DNA from: Microcoleus sp. Aus8_D2
GTDB lineage: Bacteria; Cyanobacteriota; Cyanobacteriia; Cyanobacteriales; Microcoleaceae
Assembly (NCBI RefSeq): GCF_036702665.1
Contig: NZ_JAUBUN010000017.1
Coordinates: 1-41,768 of the forward strand
DNA: 41,768 bases
Direction of reading: 5' to 3'
The notes beneath the pieces are model-generated. The model had not been told where the DNA came from. It worked only from the letters and a program-made list of their open reading frames with translations, and made no database searches. How positions within the stretch are numbered: the stretch's first letter is position 1; each line of letters starts with the position of its first letter. This document shows, piece by piece, positions 25,629-36,259 of this stretch. A program made the position numbers and the translations under genes.

Positions 25629-25778
25629 AACATAAACTTGGAAAAAACTTCCTTGACCTAACTATGGGCTTCATCTCTGTACTCATAAGTCAGCAATTTC
25701 AAGATAGGATACGCCTAATTCCCGATAAAATTCTGCTGGTCGCTGGAAGACTAACCGCTCATCATAATTTTGCAGAAT

Positions 25779-26921
25779 TTATGATAAGTGCATCGCCTCG
25801 TTATACAAAGTTTCATGCAGTTTGATAATGTTCTGCAAATCATGTGTAGCCATGCGCGATCGCCCACGCTTGCCCATCGCCAAGGCATCTTCTGGGTGAT
25901 CTAATATCCAAGCCATTGCTTCAGCAAGTTTTTCCACATCTCCTACCTTAATCAAAAAGCCACAGTCTCCCTCCAGCAAATCCTGGATACCCCGAATGTC
26001 TGTTCCGATGACCGGAATTTCGAGGCAAAAAGACTCCATTACACATCTGGGAAGTCCTTCTTGTTCAGAAGCCAGCAGCGTAGCTGCTGAGGCACGGCTC
26101 AAAGTGGGAATATCCCGGCGTTCCCCTAGAAAATGCACCCGTTTTTCTACTTTTAGATCAGATGCTAATTGCCGCATTTCTGACATCAGCGGGCCGTCGC
26201 CGGCCAAGGCTAAATGGACTTGCGATCGCTCTAACTTAGCAAACGCTAGGATCACATCCCGATGATGCTTGCGGGGAATAAATTCGGCTACTGACAGGAA
26301 TAGAGGATTTTCTTGGGTGATTCCCATTTCCTGACGTACTTGTTTAACATCAGTTTCAGAAATAGCATCGGGACTGTAATAATCGATATCTACGCCAATT
26401 CCCGGCATATAGCGGACTCGTTCTGATGGCAGGATACCATAGCGCTTTGCAGCCTCTTCATCTTCGCGATTAATTACTACTAAGTAATCAGTCCAAGCTC
26501 CAGCCAATTTTTCTAAATTGAGAAAGACGGTATTTTTTAGAGGTTTCCCGCCGCGATAAAAGTGAAAGCCGTGAGCCGTGTAAATTACTTTGAATTTTGC
26601 CTGCTTTTTCAAATCTTTGAGGGCATACCGGGTAACGAAAGCTGCTACAGGGGTGTGTACGTGAATTATGTCGTATGCTTCCTGGGCGACGACCTCTCTA
26701 ATTATTTGAGGAGCAAGAATTAAATTGCGGGGATCTAGAGGATTGCGAGACCACTTTACATCCCAGACGCGATCGAATGCTTGCAAGCATTCAGCAGACT
26801 CAGAAATTCCTTGAGCCATTGCATCTACTTTCCAGCCTTTTTTGCGGAAGTGAAGAGCAAAAGGGAGAAGAAATGCCTGGAGAGTAGCTGGAATGGTAGT
26901 GACAATCAAAAGGCTATTCAT
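25779..26921 (-). CDS. GT4-family (GT-B, group 1) glycosyltransferase
   Basis: E-x7-E region EQEGLPRCVMESFCLEIPVIGTD. Typical ~380-aa length. Confidence 0.85.
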   Translation of the reverse strand: MNSLLIVTTIPATLQAFLLPFALHFRKKGWKVDAMAQGISESAECLQAFDRVWDVKWSRNPLDPRNLILAPQIIREVVAQEAYDIIHVHTPVAAFVTRYALKDLKKQAKFKVIYTAHGFHFYRGGKPLKNTVFLNLEKLAGAWTDYLVVINREDEEAAKRYGILPSERVRYMPGIGVDIDYYSPDAISETDVKQVRQEMGITQENPLFLSVAEFIPRKHHRDVILAFAKLERSQVHLALAGDGPLMSEMRQLASDLKVEKRVHFLGERRDIPTLSRASAATLLASEQEGLPRCVMESFCLEIPVIGTDIRGIQDLLEGDCGFLIKVGDVEKLAEAMAWILDHPEDALAMGKRGRSRMATHDLQNIIKLHETLYNEAMHLS

Positions 26922-26937
26922 AAGTTGGCTTTGTGAC

Positions 26938-28887
26938 TTAATAATTTTCCTCTAACCAAGCTTGGAACATCAACACATTCCATAAACAGTATTTCCAATC
27001 GCGATCGCCCGCCAGGTGTTCTGCCCACTTTTGGCGAATTGGCTGTGGATTAAAAAACCCTTCTCTGCGCAACCGTTTTTCATCTAGCAACGCTTCTGCC
27101 CAATCCCGCAAAGAACCGCGCAACCAGCTATCAATCGGAACACCAAATCCCATTTTTGGCCGCTCTACCAAGTTTCTAGGCACGTATTTGTATAATACCT
27201 GACGCAACAACCATTTGCTTTGACCATGACGGACTTTCATAGATAGTGGCATTCGCCAAGCTAATTCCACCAACCGATGGTCTAATAGCGGTACGCGAAC
27301 TTCCAAACTCACACCCATGCTAGCTCGGTCTACCTTGACAAGGATATCGTCCGGTAAAAAGGTGGCGGTATCGAGATACATCATCCATTCTATGAAATTT
27401 GGGAAATCAGCTCTGTCAAAGCGATCGTTCATAGCTGTCAGTGGCTCTGAGCCACCAATAATTAATTCTGCTGGGTCTTTCCAGTGAGAAACAAAATTTC
27501 TGTACATAGCTTTGTAATTGGCATCTGCCACAATTTCAGCGAGTTTGTGCAATCTATCACCTGAGACAGAGTTTCTAAGGTTCAGTGGCAGTAAAGCACT
27601 AAAGTTAGGCAGAATTCGATCCCAAGTTTGAGGAGATAAGCTAGTCAAGCTATGCGCGACCATCGATCTCAGTCCTGAGGGTATCCAGTCTATCTTCTGC
27701 CTAATGCTGTTAGCCAAAAAATAGCGTTCGTACCCAGCAAAGATTTCATCGCCACCATCGCCTGAAAGACTTACTGTTACCTGCTGTCTAGCTAACTGTG
27801 ATACCAGAAAGGTAGGTACTTGAGAGACATCGGAAAAGGGTTCATCATATAAACTTGGCAACTTCGGGATGACTCCCAGCACCTCTTCTGGAGTCAGATA
27901 AAGTTCTGTGTGGTCTGTACCCAGGTGCTGTGCTACAGCCTTGGCATACTTGGCTTCATTGTAGGCATCCTCATCAAAACCGATACTAAAAGTTTTCACT
28001 GGTTGACTACTTTGAGCCTGCATCAAAGCTACCACTGTGGAGGAGTCAATCCCTCCTGAAAGGAAAGCGCCTAAAGGTACATCTGCAACTACTCGAAGCC
28101 CCACTGCATTCCACAGGAGCGCATCTAACTCTGCCACTGCTTCCGATTCCGAACCTGTGAAAGGATTGGCAACACCGAATGTCGCCACTTCCTTGATAGA
28201 CCAATAAGGTACTGGCTCCTGATGAGTACCTGCACTTTTACAAGTGAGGATTGTTCCGGGAGGTAACTTGTAGATGCCTTGGTAGATTGAATAGGGCGCA
28301 GGAATGTAGCTATACCGAAGAAACAATGTCAAAGCATCTCGGTTGATTTCCGCCTGAAAATGAGGATAAGCTTTCAGAGCTTTTAGTTCAGAGCCAAACA
28401 AAAAAGTTTGATCCACCCAGCCGTAATAAAGGGGTTTTTCTCCTAAGCGATCGCGCCCCAAATGCAGAACCCCCTCTTGACAGTCCCACAAGGCAAAGGC
28501 AAACATTCCGTTGAAACGCCGAATTGCCCGATCTAGCCCCCACTCGCTAAAGCTAGCCAGCATTACCTCAGTATCAGAATGACCCCGGAAGCGGTGACCT
28601 AACCGCTCAAGTTCGCCTCTTAACTCTAAAAAGTTATAAATCTCGCCATTAAACGCGATCGCATAACGACCGTCCGCACATACCATCGGTTGGTGTCCTT
28701 CCGGCGAGATATCAATAATAGCGAGGCGTCGATGTCCCAAAGCAATACCTTTCTGGGCATCTACCCAAATGCCACGATCGTCTGGTCCCCGATGTTCGAG
28801 GCTATCCGACATCTTTTCAGCTACAGACCCCATTTCTTGAGCAGACATTTGCTGAACGGCATCAAACAAACCAGTTATTCCACACAT
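26938..28887 (-). CDS. Asparagine synthetase (glutamine-hydrolysing) family amidotransferase (AsnB/WbpS-like). Likely a sugar-uronate amidotransferase in this context.
   Basis: The N-terminal nucleophile MCGITGLFD is present (Cys2 of class II GATase). The PP-loop is LSGGIDSSTVVALM. 649 aa. Confidence 0.85.
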   Translation of the reverse strand: MCGITGLFDAVQQMSAQEMGSVAEKMSDSLEHRGPDDRGIWVDAQKGIALGHRRLAIIDISPEGHQPMVCADGRYAIAFNGEIYNFLELRGELERLGHRFRGHSDTEVMLASFSEWGLDRAIRRFNGMFAFALWDCQEGVLHLGRDRLGEKPLYYGWVDQTFLFGSELKALKAYPHFQAEINRDALTLFLRYSYIPAPYSIYQGIYKLPPGTILTCKSAGTHQEPVPYWSIKEVATFGVANPFTGSESEAVAELDALLWNAVGLRVVADVPLGAFLSGGIDSSTVVALMQAQSSQPVKTFSIGFDEDAYNEAKYAKAVAQHLGTDHTELYLTPEEVLGVIPKLPSLYDEPFSDVSQVPTFLVSQLARQQVTVSLSGDGGDEIFAGYERYFLANSIRQKIDWIPSGLRSMVAHSLTSLSPQTWDRILPNFSALLPLNLRNSVSGDRLHKLAEIVADANYKAMYRNFVSHWKDPAELIIGGSEPLTAMNDRFDRADFPNFIEWMMYLDTATFLPDDILVKVDRASMGVSLEVRVPLLDHRLVELAWRMPLSMKVRHGQSKWLLRQVLYKYVPRNLVERPKMGFGVPIDSWLRGSLRDWAEALLDEKRLRREGFFNPQPIRQKWAEHLAGDRDWKYCLWNVLMFQAWLEENY

Positions 28888-29059
28888 TTAATTCTCTAAA
28901 CCTATAAAAATTGAGCAAATTTATCCCAGAATAGCCAATTATAAAGCATTTTATCTGTACCGCCTGTTGAAAGTTCTCTGATGATATGTAGCATAAAAAA
29001 AATTACCTATCATATTATTCACCTTTGGATGACAACTAATTCAATGTGGTGGTAAATTT

Positions 29060-30229
29060 TTATTTTTTTTTAATTAACACACTTTCATACAATTCCTCAT
29101 ACTGAGCTACAATAGAATCTAAGGAAAAATTTTCGATAATTCTGGTTCTTGCCGCCTTTCCTAAAGCATTCCTGCCTTCTAAACCAACTTTGATTAACTC
29201 TTTCCAAGCATCAGCCAATGCCTTTGGATTCTTTGGAGATACTATTCTTCCAGTATTAGAGACAATCCAAGCTGAATCGCCAACATCCGTGACAACGCAA
29301 GGTACGCCACAGGACATGGCTTCACCAATAACATTAGGAAAAGCTTCTCCATAGAATGAAGAAGAAGAAGCGATATCTAAGGCCGCAGTAAGACGAGGAA
29401 TATCCTGTCTATCGCCAAGTAAGTGAATGCGATCGACAATTTTTAACTCATGGATTAGTTGAGATAATATTTGGTTCTCCCAATTAACTTCATCCCCAGC
29501 CAATAAAAAATGTACGTCGGGATAATCTTTGAGTAAGATTGCTGCCGCTTCAAGGAAGTTAGCAAAGTCTTTCATTAGATGATAGCGAGCAAACCGACCA
29601 ATTAAAAAAGTATCACTTTCTAGTCCGAGTTCTTTTATAAGACTAGTCCGAAACTCAAGTGAAGGCATAAAATTTTCTGGATCAAAGCCATTGGAAATTA
29701 CAAGGGTTTTAGAGGCTTGGTATCCAAGTTGTTCGTGTTGACTAGCACCTGTTTTTGAGTTATATAAGATTTTTTCAGGAAAACTACTAATTTTAGCTAG
29801 AATCTTAATTATAGCTGATGTAGCTGGTTTTTCGTAATCCAATGAGTAAATAGAATGACGAATGTTCCACACTACAGGTATAGATTTTAAGGTAAAAATA
29901 CCAGCTAACTGTGCCGCTAAATTAGCATGATACATCCAGCCTAGTATAAGGTCAGGTTTTAATTGGCGGATTTGATGAATAAATTGCCAAATAGATTTTG
30001 GTGTAGGTTTACCTTGCTTCATGCCCATTATATAGACAGGGATGCCTAAAGCTTCAATGCGATCGCCCCACGTCCCACGATCCATTAAAGAAACCACAAC
30101 AGGACTAAACCGCTCCCGATTTATTCTGGACAGCAAATTGTAGAGCATTCTCTCTGCACCACCTGTTGACAGTCCGGTAGTGATATATATAATTGACACT
30201 TTTTTCTCGGAAATATTTTTATTACCCAT
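29060..30229 (-). CDS. GT4-family glycosyltransferase
   Basis: GEAFPNVIGEAMSCGVPCVVTDVGD (E-x7-E) is present. The N-terminus has a GGAERM-type Gly-rich loop. Confidence 0.85.
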   Translation of the reverse strand: MGNKNISEKKVSIIYITTGLSTGGAERMLYNLLSRINRERFSPVVVSLMDRGTWGDRIEALGIPVYIMGMKQGKPTPKSIWQFIHQIRQLKPDLILGWMYHANLAAQLAGIFTLKSIPVVWNIRHSIYSLDYEKPATSAIIKILAKISSFPEKILYNSKTGASQHEQLGYQASKTLVISNGFDPENFMPSLEFRTSLIKELGLESDTFLIGRFARYHLMKDFANFLEAAAILLKDYPDVHFLLAGDEVNWENQILSQLIHELKIVDRIHLLGDRQDIPRLTAALDIASSSSFYGEAFPNVIGEAMSCGVPCVVTDVGDSAWIVSNTGRIVSPKNPKALADAWKELIKVGLEGRNALGKAARTRIIENFSLDSIVAQYEELYESVLIKKK

Positions 30230-30318
30230 AGTTTTAATTTTATTTCTGCACTATCTTAGCATACATCGATTTGTCTGATATTAATTTTAATACAAAAAGG
30301 ACTTATTTTGCTGGGCCA

Positions 30319-30424
30319 ATAAAGAACATATAGCGGTTCTCAGATAGATGAGGTATATATCAAAGGTCGAAAACCTTGATGTACATAGAATCTGGCATAC
30401 CTCACCTTTGTGAGAAAGGCTATA
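30319..30424. mobile_element. Second copy of the MITE-like element (TATAGCGGTTCTCA…TGAGAAAGGCTATA), in inverted orientation relative to 24432-24527
   Basis: See 24432-24527. Located in the 213-bp gap between the GT and the Wzy-like gene. Confidence 0.6.
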
Positions 30425-30442
30425 CATAGCTTTGGTTATATA

Positions 30443-31786
30443 TTAACTTTTCTGTCGCAGAATAGATATTTTAGTTCCTACCAATATCAATAACGTACTT
30501 GATACTAATAATATGAATTGAGATTGCAAAAATGTTTCTGGATCGGCTGTTTGCATGATTGCCCATATTTGAGCTACTGCTGTATAAAAAGACGGCATCC
30601 AAAATACATCTTGGATATGCTTTTCCATCACAGATTGTAAGTACCCACCTAACCACCCATAAGTTAAACAAACTATAATCAGTCCTGGCCACCACAGACT
30701 ATATATACCAAAAGCAAGAAAGCCTGTTGGTATCGAATAATCAAATGCTCCTGTAATATACCTGGTGTTATAAGCTAATATTGTTTCCGGTGATTCCGTA
30801 CCTAGTAAACGATCTGGGACTAAAGAAAGAAACCCATAGATCAAATCTACGAACCAGCGTATTTCATAGTCTGCACCAAAAGCTGTGTCCAGCGAAAAAA
30901 CGGTAAAAAAAAAGTTGTCCATAAACTTGTATAAACTAAATCCTTCACCATCTGTGCTACCCTCAGCAGATTTGTTAAATCTATCAATAACAGCATCAAT
31001 ACCGTCTGGAATAGCCGCTAAGCTAGAGAAAAGATTTTTACCATAAAATAAGAATAACACCATTAAAACAACCAAAATAACACTAAACAACCAGGGTATT
31101 TTTCTGGTTTTAAGTATATAAATTTGGTAAAATCCAAGAAAGTAGTAGAGAACGTCAAAGCGCCCAGCCCTCACCAAAAAAGAAGAAACTGTTACGACTA
31201 GTGAGAAAGCAAATGATAGAATTATCAACAATTTTCCTGTCTTGGTCTTGATATCCTTCGTAAATACAAAAGCACATAATAAATAAGATGAGAAGCTTGC
31301 TGCTCCTAGAAATCTGATGAAAAATCCTAGTGAACCGGCCTGTTCTGTACCAGATCTAACGGCTATTGACTGTGTGATTGCATTGACAACTCCACCAAAA
31401 GCTGAACTATATATCTGAACTGACATAGCAGAAAATAGAAGCAAAAAAATGGCATATCCCAAAATCATCAAATTGTTACGAGCGTTTACCACTATACGTT
31501 GTCCAAACTTTTTAGCTGACTTTGAATAAAAGCCAATTAGTACAAAAAAATATCCGACAAATATTGCTAAAGCAGTTTGTATTTTGTTTGTATAACCAAT
31601 AATATTTATCCACGAACCTGTGACTGTATTTTCAGGGTCAAAAGCTATTAGAAAAGCAGGTAAAACATACCACATTATAAAAGCACAATTAAACATGGTT
31701 AGAAAATCTATGGGATTTTCTTTCCTTCTAAATATTTCAATTAATGGTATAATAAATAGCAAAACCAAGTAAGCAGAATCTAGCAT
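30443..31786 (-). CDS. Polytopic membrane protein, probable oligosaccharide repeat-unit polymerase (Wzy-like)
   Basis: 447 aa with at least 10 predicted hydrophobic helices and no soluble-domain motif. Its position among GTs next to a flippase fits a Wzy. The assignment is from context only. Confidence 0.5.
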   Translation of the reverse strand: MLDSAYLVLLFIIPLIEIFRRKENPIDFLTMFNCAFIMWYVLPAFLIAFDPENTVTGSWINIIGYTNKIQTALAIFVGYFFVLIGFYSKSAKKFGQRIVVNARNNLMILGYAIFLLLFSAMSVQIYSSAFGGVVNAITQSIAVRSGTEQAGSLGFFIRFLGAASFSSYLLCAFVFTKDIKTKTGKLLIILSFAFSLVVTVSSFLVRAGRFDVLYYFLGFYQIYILKTRKIPWLFSVILVVLMVLFLFYGKNLFSSLAAIPDGIDAVIDRFNKSAEGSTDGEGFSLYKFMDNFFFTVFSLDTAFGADYEIRWFVDLIYGFLSLVPDRLLGTESPETILAYNTRYITGAFDYSIPTGFLAFGIYSLWWPGLIIVCLTYGWLGGYLQSVMEKHIQDVFWMPSFYTAVAQIWAIMQTADPETFLQSQFILLVSSTLLILVGTKISILRQKS

Positions 31787-31792
31787 TTCAAA

Positions 31793-32923
31793 CTACCTTT
31801 GTCTGATTACAGATATTAATATGTTTTCGGTTTTTTCATAAAGTACCTTAGTTTGGAAATTTTCCTTAATGCGTGTTCTAGCCATTATAGATAACTTTTC
31901 TCTATTCATCTGTAATATTTCTAACCACCCCGCAAATAAAGCTTGAGCATTGCTAGGCGCTACTACCACTCCTGCATCTCCGACAATCCACTTGGAATCT
32001 CCTACATCTGTTACTACACATGGTACACCACAAGCCATTGCCTCTCCAATCACATTAGCAAATCCTTCGCCATAGGCAGAAGCAGAAGTAGCGATATCTA
32101 AGGCGTTGTGTACCGCAGGCATATCTGGTCGCGCTCCTGCCCAAATAACTCGTTCATTAATACCTAATTTAGACGTTAATTCATACAATTCCTGTGCATA
32201 GTTTTCCAGTCCTGTACCAACACAAACAAAGTGGACATCCTGTCTTTGTTTGCAGATTAATGCTGCTGCTTTGAGAAAGTTTGGATGGTCTTTCATCGGG
32301 TTTAATCGCCCCACCAAGCCAATCAGAATAGTGTTTTCGGAAATTTTCCATTCTGCTCTTACTTTTGCCCTAGCTTCTGAATCAGGCTGAAAACGTTTAG
32401 TATCCAGACCGTTAGGAATTACCACCATTTTGTCAGATGGAAATCCATGTGTTAGGTAATAGGTTTTACCAGCGTGGGAATTAACAATGATCGAGTCGGC
32501 AAAGGGAGATAAAAGACTCTCTAGCTGAGATAGTACACGCCCCAGCCATCCGTAAAGATCGGGATCGGTGTTGCTGCCACGGATTCCCCAAATCATTTTG
32601 GTTGAGGGGAATAATGGCTTTAAGAATATTGTTAATACATTTGATTCGCCGAGGTATCCGTGCAAGACATCAGGTTGTATGTGTTTAAGATGTTGAAACA
32701 AACGCCAAAAGAAACCGAATATATCCCAACGTTCCCGTTTTTCCAAACATATTAGTGGGATTTCATTGTCTTTAAGCTCTTTTTCTAAAGGGCCACCGCG
32801 ATAAAAGCATAAGACTATTACATCGAAGCTTTGTTTGTTAAGCCCTTTTACTAAAGTGACTAATTGCCTTTGAGCGCCACCATAGTTTAAATCCCGGATC
32901 AGGAATACAACATTTTGTCTCAT
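31793..32923 (-). CDS. GT4-family glycosyltransferase
   Basis: GEGFANVIGEAMACGVPCVVTDVGD is present. The start is set at MRQNVVFLIRDLNYGGAQR. The stop of the upstream gene overlaps this ATG. Confidence 0.85.
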   Translation of the reverse strand: MRQNVVFLIRDLNYGGAQRQLVTLVKGLNKQSFDVIVLCFYRGGPLEKELKDNEIPLICLEKRERWDIFGFFWRLFQHLKHIQPDVLHGYLGESNVLTIFLKPLFPSTKMIWGIRGSNTDPDLYGWLGRVLSQLESLLSPFADSIIVNSHAGKTYYLTHGFPSDKMVVIPNGLDTKRFQPDSEARAKVRAEWKISENTILIGLVGRLNPMKDHPNFLKAAALICKQRQDVHFVCVGTGLENYAQELYELTSKLGINERVIWAGARPDMPAVHNALDIATSASAYGEGFANVIGEAMACGVPCVVTDVGDSKWIVGDAGVVVAPSNAQALFAGWLEILQMNREKLSIMARTRIKENFQTKVLYEKTENILISVIRQR

Positions 32924-34035
32924 CGCGGAACCTCCACAATTTGCTTTAATAATTCTTCCCACTTTTCTACTATTTTTTCTAAGCTGAACCGTTCTTTAAC
33001 CTCTGGCGCACGAGCAGCTAGAGTTGTTCGCTTTTCTTCATCAGACATTAAAGAATCCATTGCTGTAGCTAAGGCTAACATATCTTCGGTTGGTACTAAT
33101 ATACCATCTACCCCATCGCGGATAATTTCTCGTGGCCCGCTAGGACAATCTGTGGAAACTACGGGTAATCCACAGGCTAATGCTTCAAACAAAACTGCTG
33201 GTAATCCCTCCCAACGAGATGATAAAATGAATAGCTGTGAGGATTTGAAAACTGCGATCGGATTTTTAGTTTGTCCCGGCAATAGAACTTGCTCGCCTAA
33301 ACCAAAATGATCTCTTAAATGTTCAAGTTCTTTTCTCATTTCTCCTTCCCCAAATATCAGTAATTGCCAGTCTGGATAGCGATCGATAATTTTATGAAAT
33401 GCTGATAGCAGCAGTTCAAAATTCTTTTGATATACCAGACGACCCATTGCTATCGCCCATTTTTTATTTGGATCTGCTCCTTGAGGTAAATCGAACGTAC
33501 CTGTCTCACCGTTAATTGGTTGCAACGGGTTAAAGATAACTGCTCTTTGTGTTTTTGGCAACCAGTCATCAAAATAATTATCGACTCCTTCACTGACGCT
33601 CACCACTTTGTTAGCTCGTGGGTATATCCAACGACGCAATTGCTTCCACAAGTTTTGAGTGTCAGTATCTGGATTATTCTGCTCATTAACTATAACAGGA
33701 TAGTTTGTCTGGGTAAGAGCTAACAATGTCAAGATATTTATTTCAGCCATAAACGAGATGACTGCATCTGGCTGAAGCGCTCGAATTGTTTGTCTTAATA
33801 CCCGAAGGCGGTACAGATTATTCCACAAAGCATGGAATGGTGTTGGTGAAATTCCAGCTAGATCCAGAGCTAATCTATGAACTCCATCTGGTACTTTGTA
33901 GAAATCTCTCTCGGTTCCAGCAATTGTTACAAAGGAAACTTGATGACCTTTTTTAAGCAATCCTTCAGCGATCAAAATCGCTGCTCGCTCGGCACCGCCA
34001 CAGGAAAGGGATGAAGTTAGTAAAGTCAGTCGCAT
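32920..34035 (-). CDS. GT4-family glycosyltransferase
   Basis: N-terminus LLTSSLSCGGAERAAILIAEGL. E-x7-E is WEGLPAVLFEALACGLPVVSTD. Confidence 0.85.
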   Translation of the reverse strand: MRLTLLTSSLSCGGAERAAILIAEGLLKKGHQVSFVTIAGTERDFYKVPDGVHRLALDLAGISPTPFHALWNNLYRLRVLRQTIRALQPDAVISFMAEINILTLLALTQTNYPVIVNEQNNPDTDTQNLWKQLRRWIYPRANKVVSVSEGVDNYFDDWLPKTQRAVIFNPLQPINGETGTFDLPQGADPNKKWAIAMGRLVYQKNFELLLSAFHKIIDRYPDWQLLIFGEGEMRKELEHLRDHFGLGEQVLLPGQTKNPIAVFKSSQLFILSSRWEGLPAVLFEALACGLPVVSTDCPSGPREIIRDGVDGILVPTEDMLALATAMDSLMSDEEKRTTLAARAPEVKERFSLEKIVEKWEELLKQIVEVPR

Positions 34036-34083
34036 TATTTTTAGATGATAACTAGAGTTAATAAGATAGCTTCAACACACAGT

Positions 34084-34902
34084 TTAATGATTCAAAACTA
34101 TTTTCTGTGCCACAGAAATAATGTATGGTGCAAATATCTTAGTTTCTGGGAGAGGCGCTGTATAGTATTCTATAGCCCAAACCAATTTAGAAATCCGACT
34201 GAGACTATTCATCACAAAAGCCTTTATTTTAGTTGTTGAATGTTGTGGATTAAGATGGCTTAAATTTAGCACCCCAAAATGCGTACTCATAAAGTAACCG
34301 CATTTGTTAACCTTTAAACCAGCATCTTCATGTACAAGCTGAAGTAGATGCTGATCTAAGAGAACGTGTATGTCATACGTCTGCCTGTCCAAAATTTTCT
34401 GGAAAAATCCAATACTTCCTGTCTGGTTAGGAATCAGAGTAATCAAAATCCCATTAGGCTTGAGAAATCTGGAAAAGGCTGTAATACAGCCAACGGTATC
34501 TGGAAAGTGTTCAGCAACACCAAAGGAAATCACTACATCAAAGCTTTCCAATAGATTTTCTGCTGGATTGAAAAAGTCAGAACAAACAATTTTTCCTTTT
34601 ATTTCAGCTTTTTGCAGTATTTTTTCTGCCTGTTGACACCCTAATTCAGAATAGTCTAGACCAAAAACTTGAAAATCAAATTCTTTAGCAAAATATGGAA
34701 GCTTATCAGATCTAGCACAGCCGATTTCAAGTAATCGCATCTCCTTTGCATCCAACTTGGAAAAAATCTCAGAAAAATATCGATGTAGACGAAGTTCCCG
34801 ATAATTTCTGAAATGAGGATGGTGGGGGTTCATTGGTTCTGGTAGCTCACCTGTTTCCCACCAGCTATCCCATAATTCTTTGCTGGCTTTACTATTAGTC
34901 AT
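34084..34902 (-). CDS. Class I SAM-dependent methyltransferase
   Basis: Motif I LLEIGCARSDKLPYF, and a D/E after the beta-2 strand (FGLDYSE). Confidence 0.7.
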   Translation of the reverse strand: MTNSKASKELWDSWWETGELPEPMNPHHPHFRNYRELRLHRYFSEIFSKLDAKEMRLLEIGCARSDKLPYFAKEFDFQVFGLDYSELGCQQAEKILQKAEIKGKIVCSDFFNPAENLLESFDVVISFGVAEHFPDTVGCITAFSRFLKPNGILITLIPNQTGSIGFFQKILDRQTYDIHVLLDQHLLQLVHEDAGLKVNKCGYFMSTHFGVLNLSHLNPQHSTTKIKAFVMNSLSRISKLVWAIEYYTAPLPETKIFAPYIISVAQKIVLNH

Positions 34903-36259
34903 TTTGCCTCCTTAACAAATAGAAACACCAGTATGATGTAAAACTCAAGCATATCATATATAAACAACTTGTAGATAATGCAATTCCGCTAATTCCAAGC
35001 ACTTTCATGAAAATGTAGTTTAAGCCGATATTGACTATTAAGTTAATCGCCGATCCCCACATTAGAATATGATTAGCCTGTAAGGCTGAAATCAGCCTTA
35101 CAACCAAAATATTCGCCACATAAAAAGGAATCTGCAAGGCATAAAATGCTTGTATTTGAGCTACTATAATAGTATCTTTGCTACTAAATGTCCCTCTTTG
35201 GAACATGAACTCAACAATTTTGTCAGATCCCAGATAGAAAAATGCTACCAATGGTACAGTTATGAGAAAGATTAAAAAAAGATAGCGCCTCAATGTATGA
35301 CGTATAGCGTTCCAATCTTCACTCGCAACCATTTTGGAAAAATATGGTATTACAGCAGTGCTTAAGGCTGTGGTTGTTAGGGTGATCGGCAAGGCAATTA
35401 TTCGATTACCATAGTTCAATGCTGCCACACTTCCCGATGGTAATTGTGCTGCCATAGCTTGATCGACCAAGCCGGCACTACACATTAAAAGTCCTCCAGC
35501 AATCATCGGAGCATATTGGTTAGCTACCTGACGCAGATGAGTATCAAATCCATACCATTTTGGCATTAATGAAATGTGTTGCTTCTTTAATGCCACTCCT
35601 AAAATAACAATTTCTAATATTTGACCAAACACGAGTCCGGCTGCTAAGGCAAAGACTCCCCAGGAATTGGCTAACAATAATAATATGATAGTAATAGCTG
35701 GGGTAATAATGGGAGAAATAGCTGCTAAAGCGAAACGCTCTCCTGCATTCAAAACAGCACCCCATATAGTGAGCATCCCACTGAGTAGAACCATTGGCGC
35801 GATCGCGCATAGCAGCTTAAATGTCAGGTCTAACTTTTCATCACTGAACCCACCTGCAATCCACGGTAAATACAGTGGTGCAGTCATCACCATTGCTAGA
35901 GTCGTAATTCCTAGTAGTCCGAGACTCCAGACTGTGGCTCCAGAAAAAAGTTTTTGAGCTACTGTTATACCTTCTTGTTCTCGTACTTTAATATAGGTAG
36001 GTATCAGTGCAACATTAAAAGAGTTGGCTACAACATTAACTATAAAAGAAGGAATCACTAAAGCAATTAAGAATGCATCCAAGGCATCGGTAGTGCCAAA
36101 TTTCCAAGCAACCGCCAATTCTTTAGCTAAAGCTGCTAATTTGACTAATGCTGTTCCTATAGCAACTATTAAAGCTGCACCTAAAATTTGACGATTGGGA
36201 GACCCAGTTGTCAAGTTTTTCCAAAAATCTAGCCATTTTTTATAGCGCAAAATTTTCAT
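34895..36259 (-). CDS. MOP-superfamily polysaccharide flippase of the MurJ/MviN (MVF) type (Wzx-equivalent)
   Basis: The N-terminal region KFGTTDALDAFLIALVIPSFIVNVVANSFNVALIP resembles the MurJ signature (FG…TDAF…P…AF). 454 aa with about 12-14 TM helices. Confidence 0.7.
   Translation of the reverse strand: MKILRYKKWLDFWKNLTTGSPNRQILGAALIVAIGTALVKLAALAKELAVAWKFGTTDALDAFLIALVIPSFIVNVVANSFNVALIPTYIKVREQEGITVAQKLFSGATVWSLGLLGITTLAMVMTAPLYLPWIAGGFSDEKLDLTFKLLCAIAPMVLLSGMLTIWGAVLNAGERFALAAISPIITPAITIILLLLANSWGVFALAAGLVFGQILEIVILGVALKKQHISLMPKWYGFDTHLRQVANQYAPMIAGGLLMCSAGLVDQAMAAQLPSGSVAALNYGNRIIALPITLTTTALSTAVIPYFSKMVASEDWNAIRHTLRRYLFLIFLITVPLVAFFYLGSDKIVEFMFQRGTFSSKDTIIVAQIQAFYALQIPFYVANILVVRLISALQANHILMWGSAINLIVNIGLNYIFMKVLGISGIALSTSCLYMICLSFTSYWCFYLLRRQND

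Noticed and set aside
30471-30695. 74-aa ORF nested within the Wzy-like gene
   Set aside because: It is an alternative frame of a long hydrophobic-protein gene with no independent support. Other nested ORFs (35544-35957 within the flippase, 38475-39999 antisense to CapD-EAL, 25610-25825 and 25996-26265 antisense to the GT) were rejected for the same reason.
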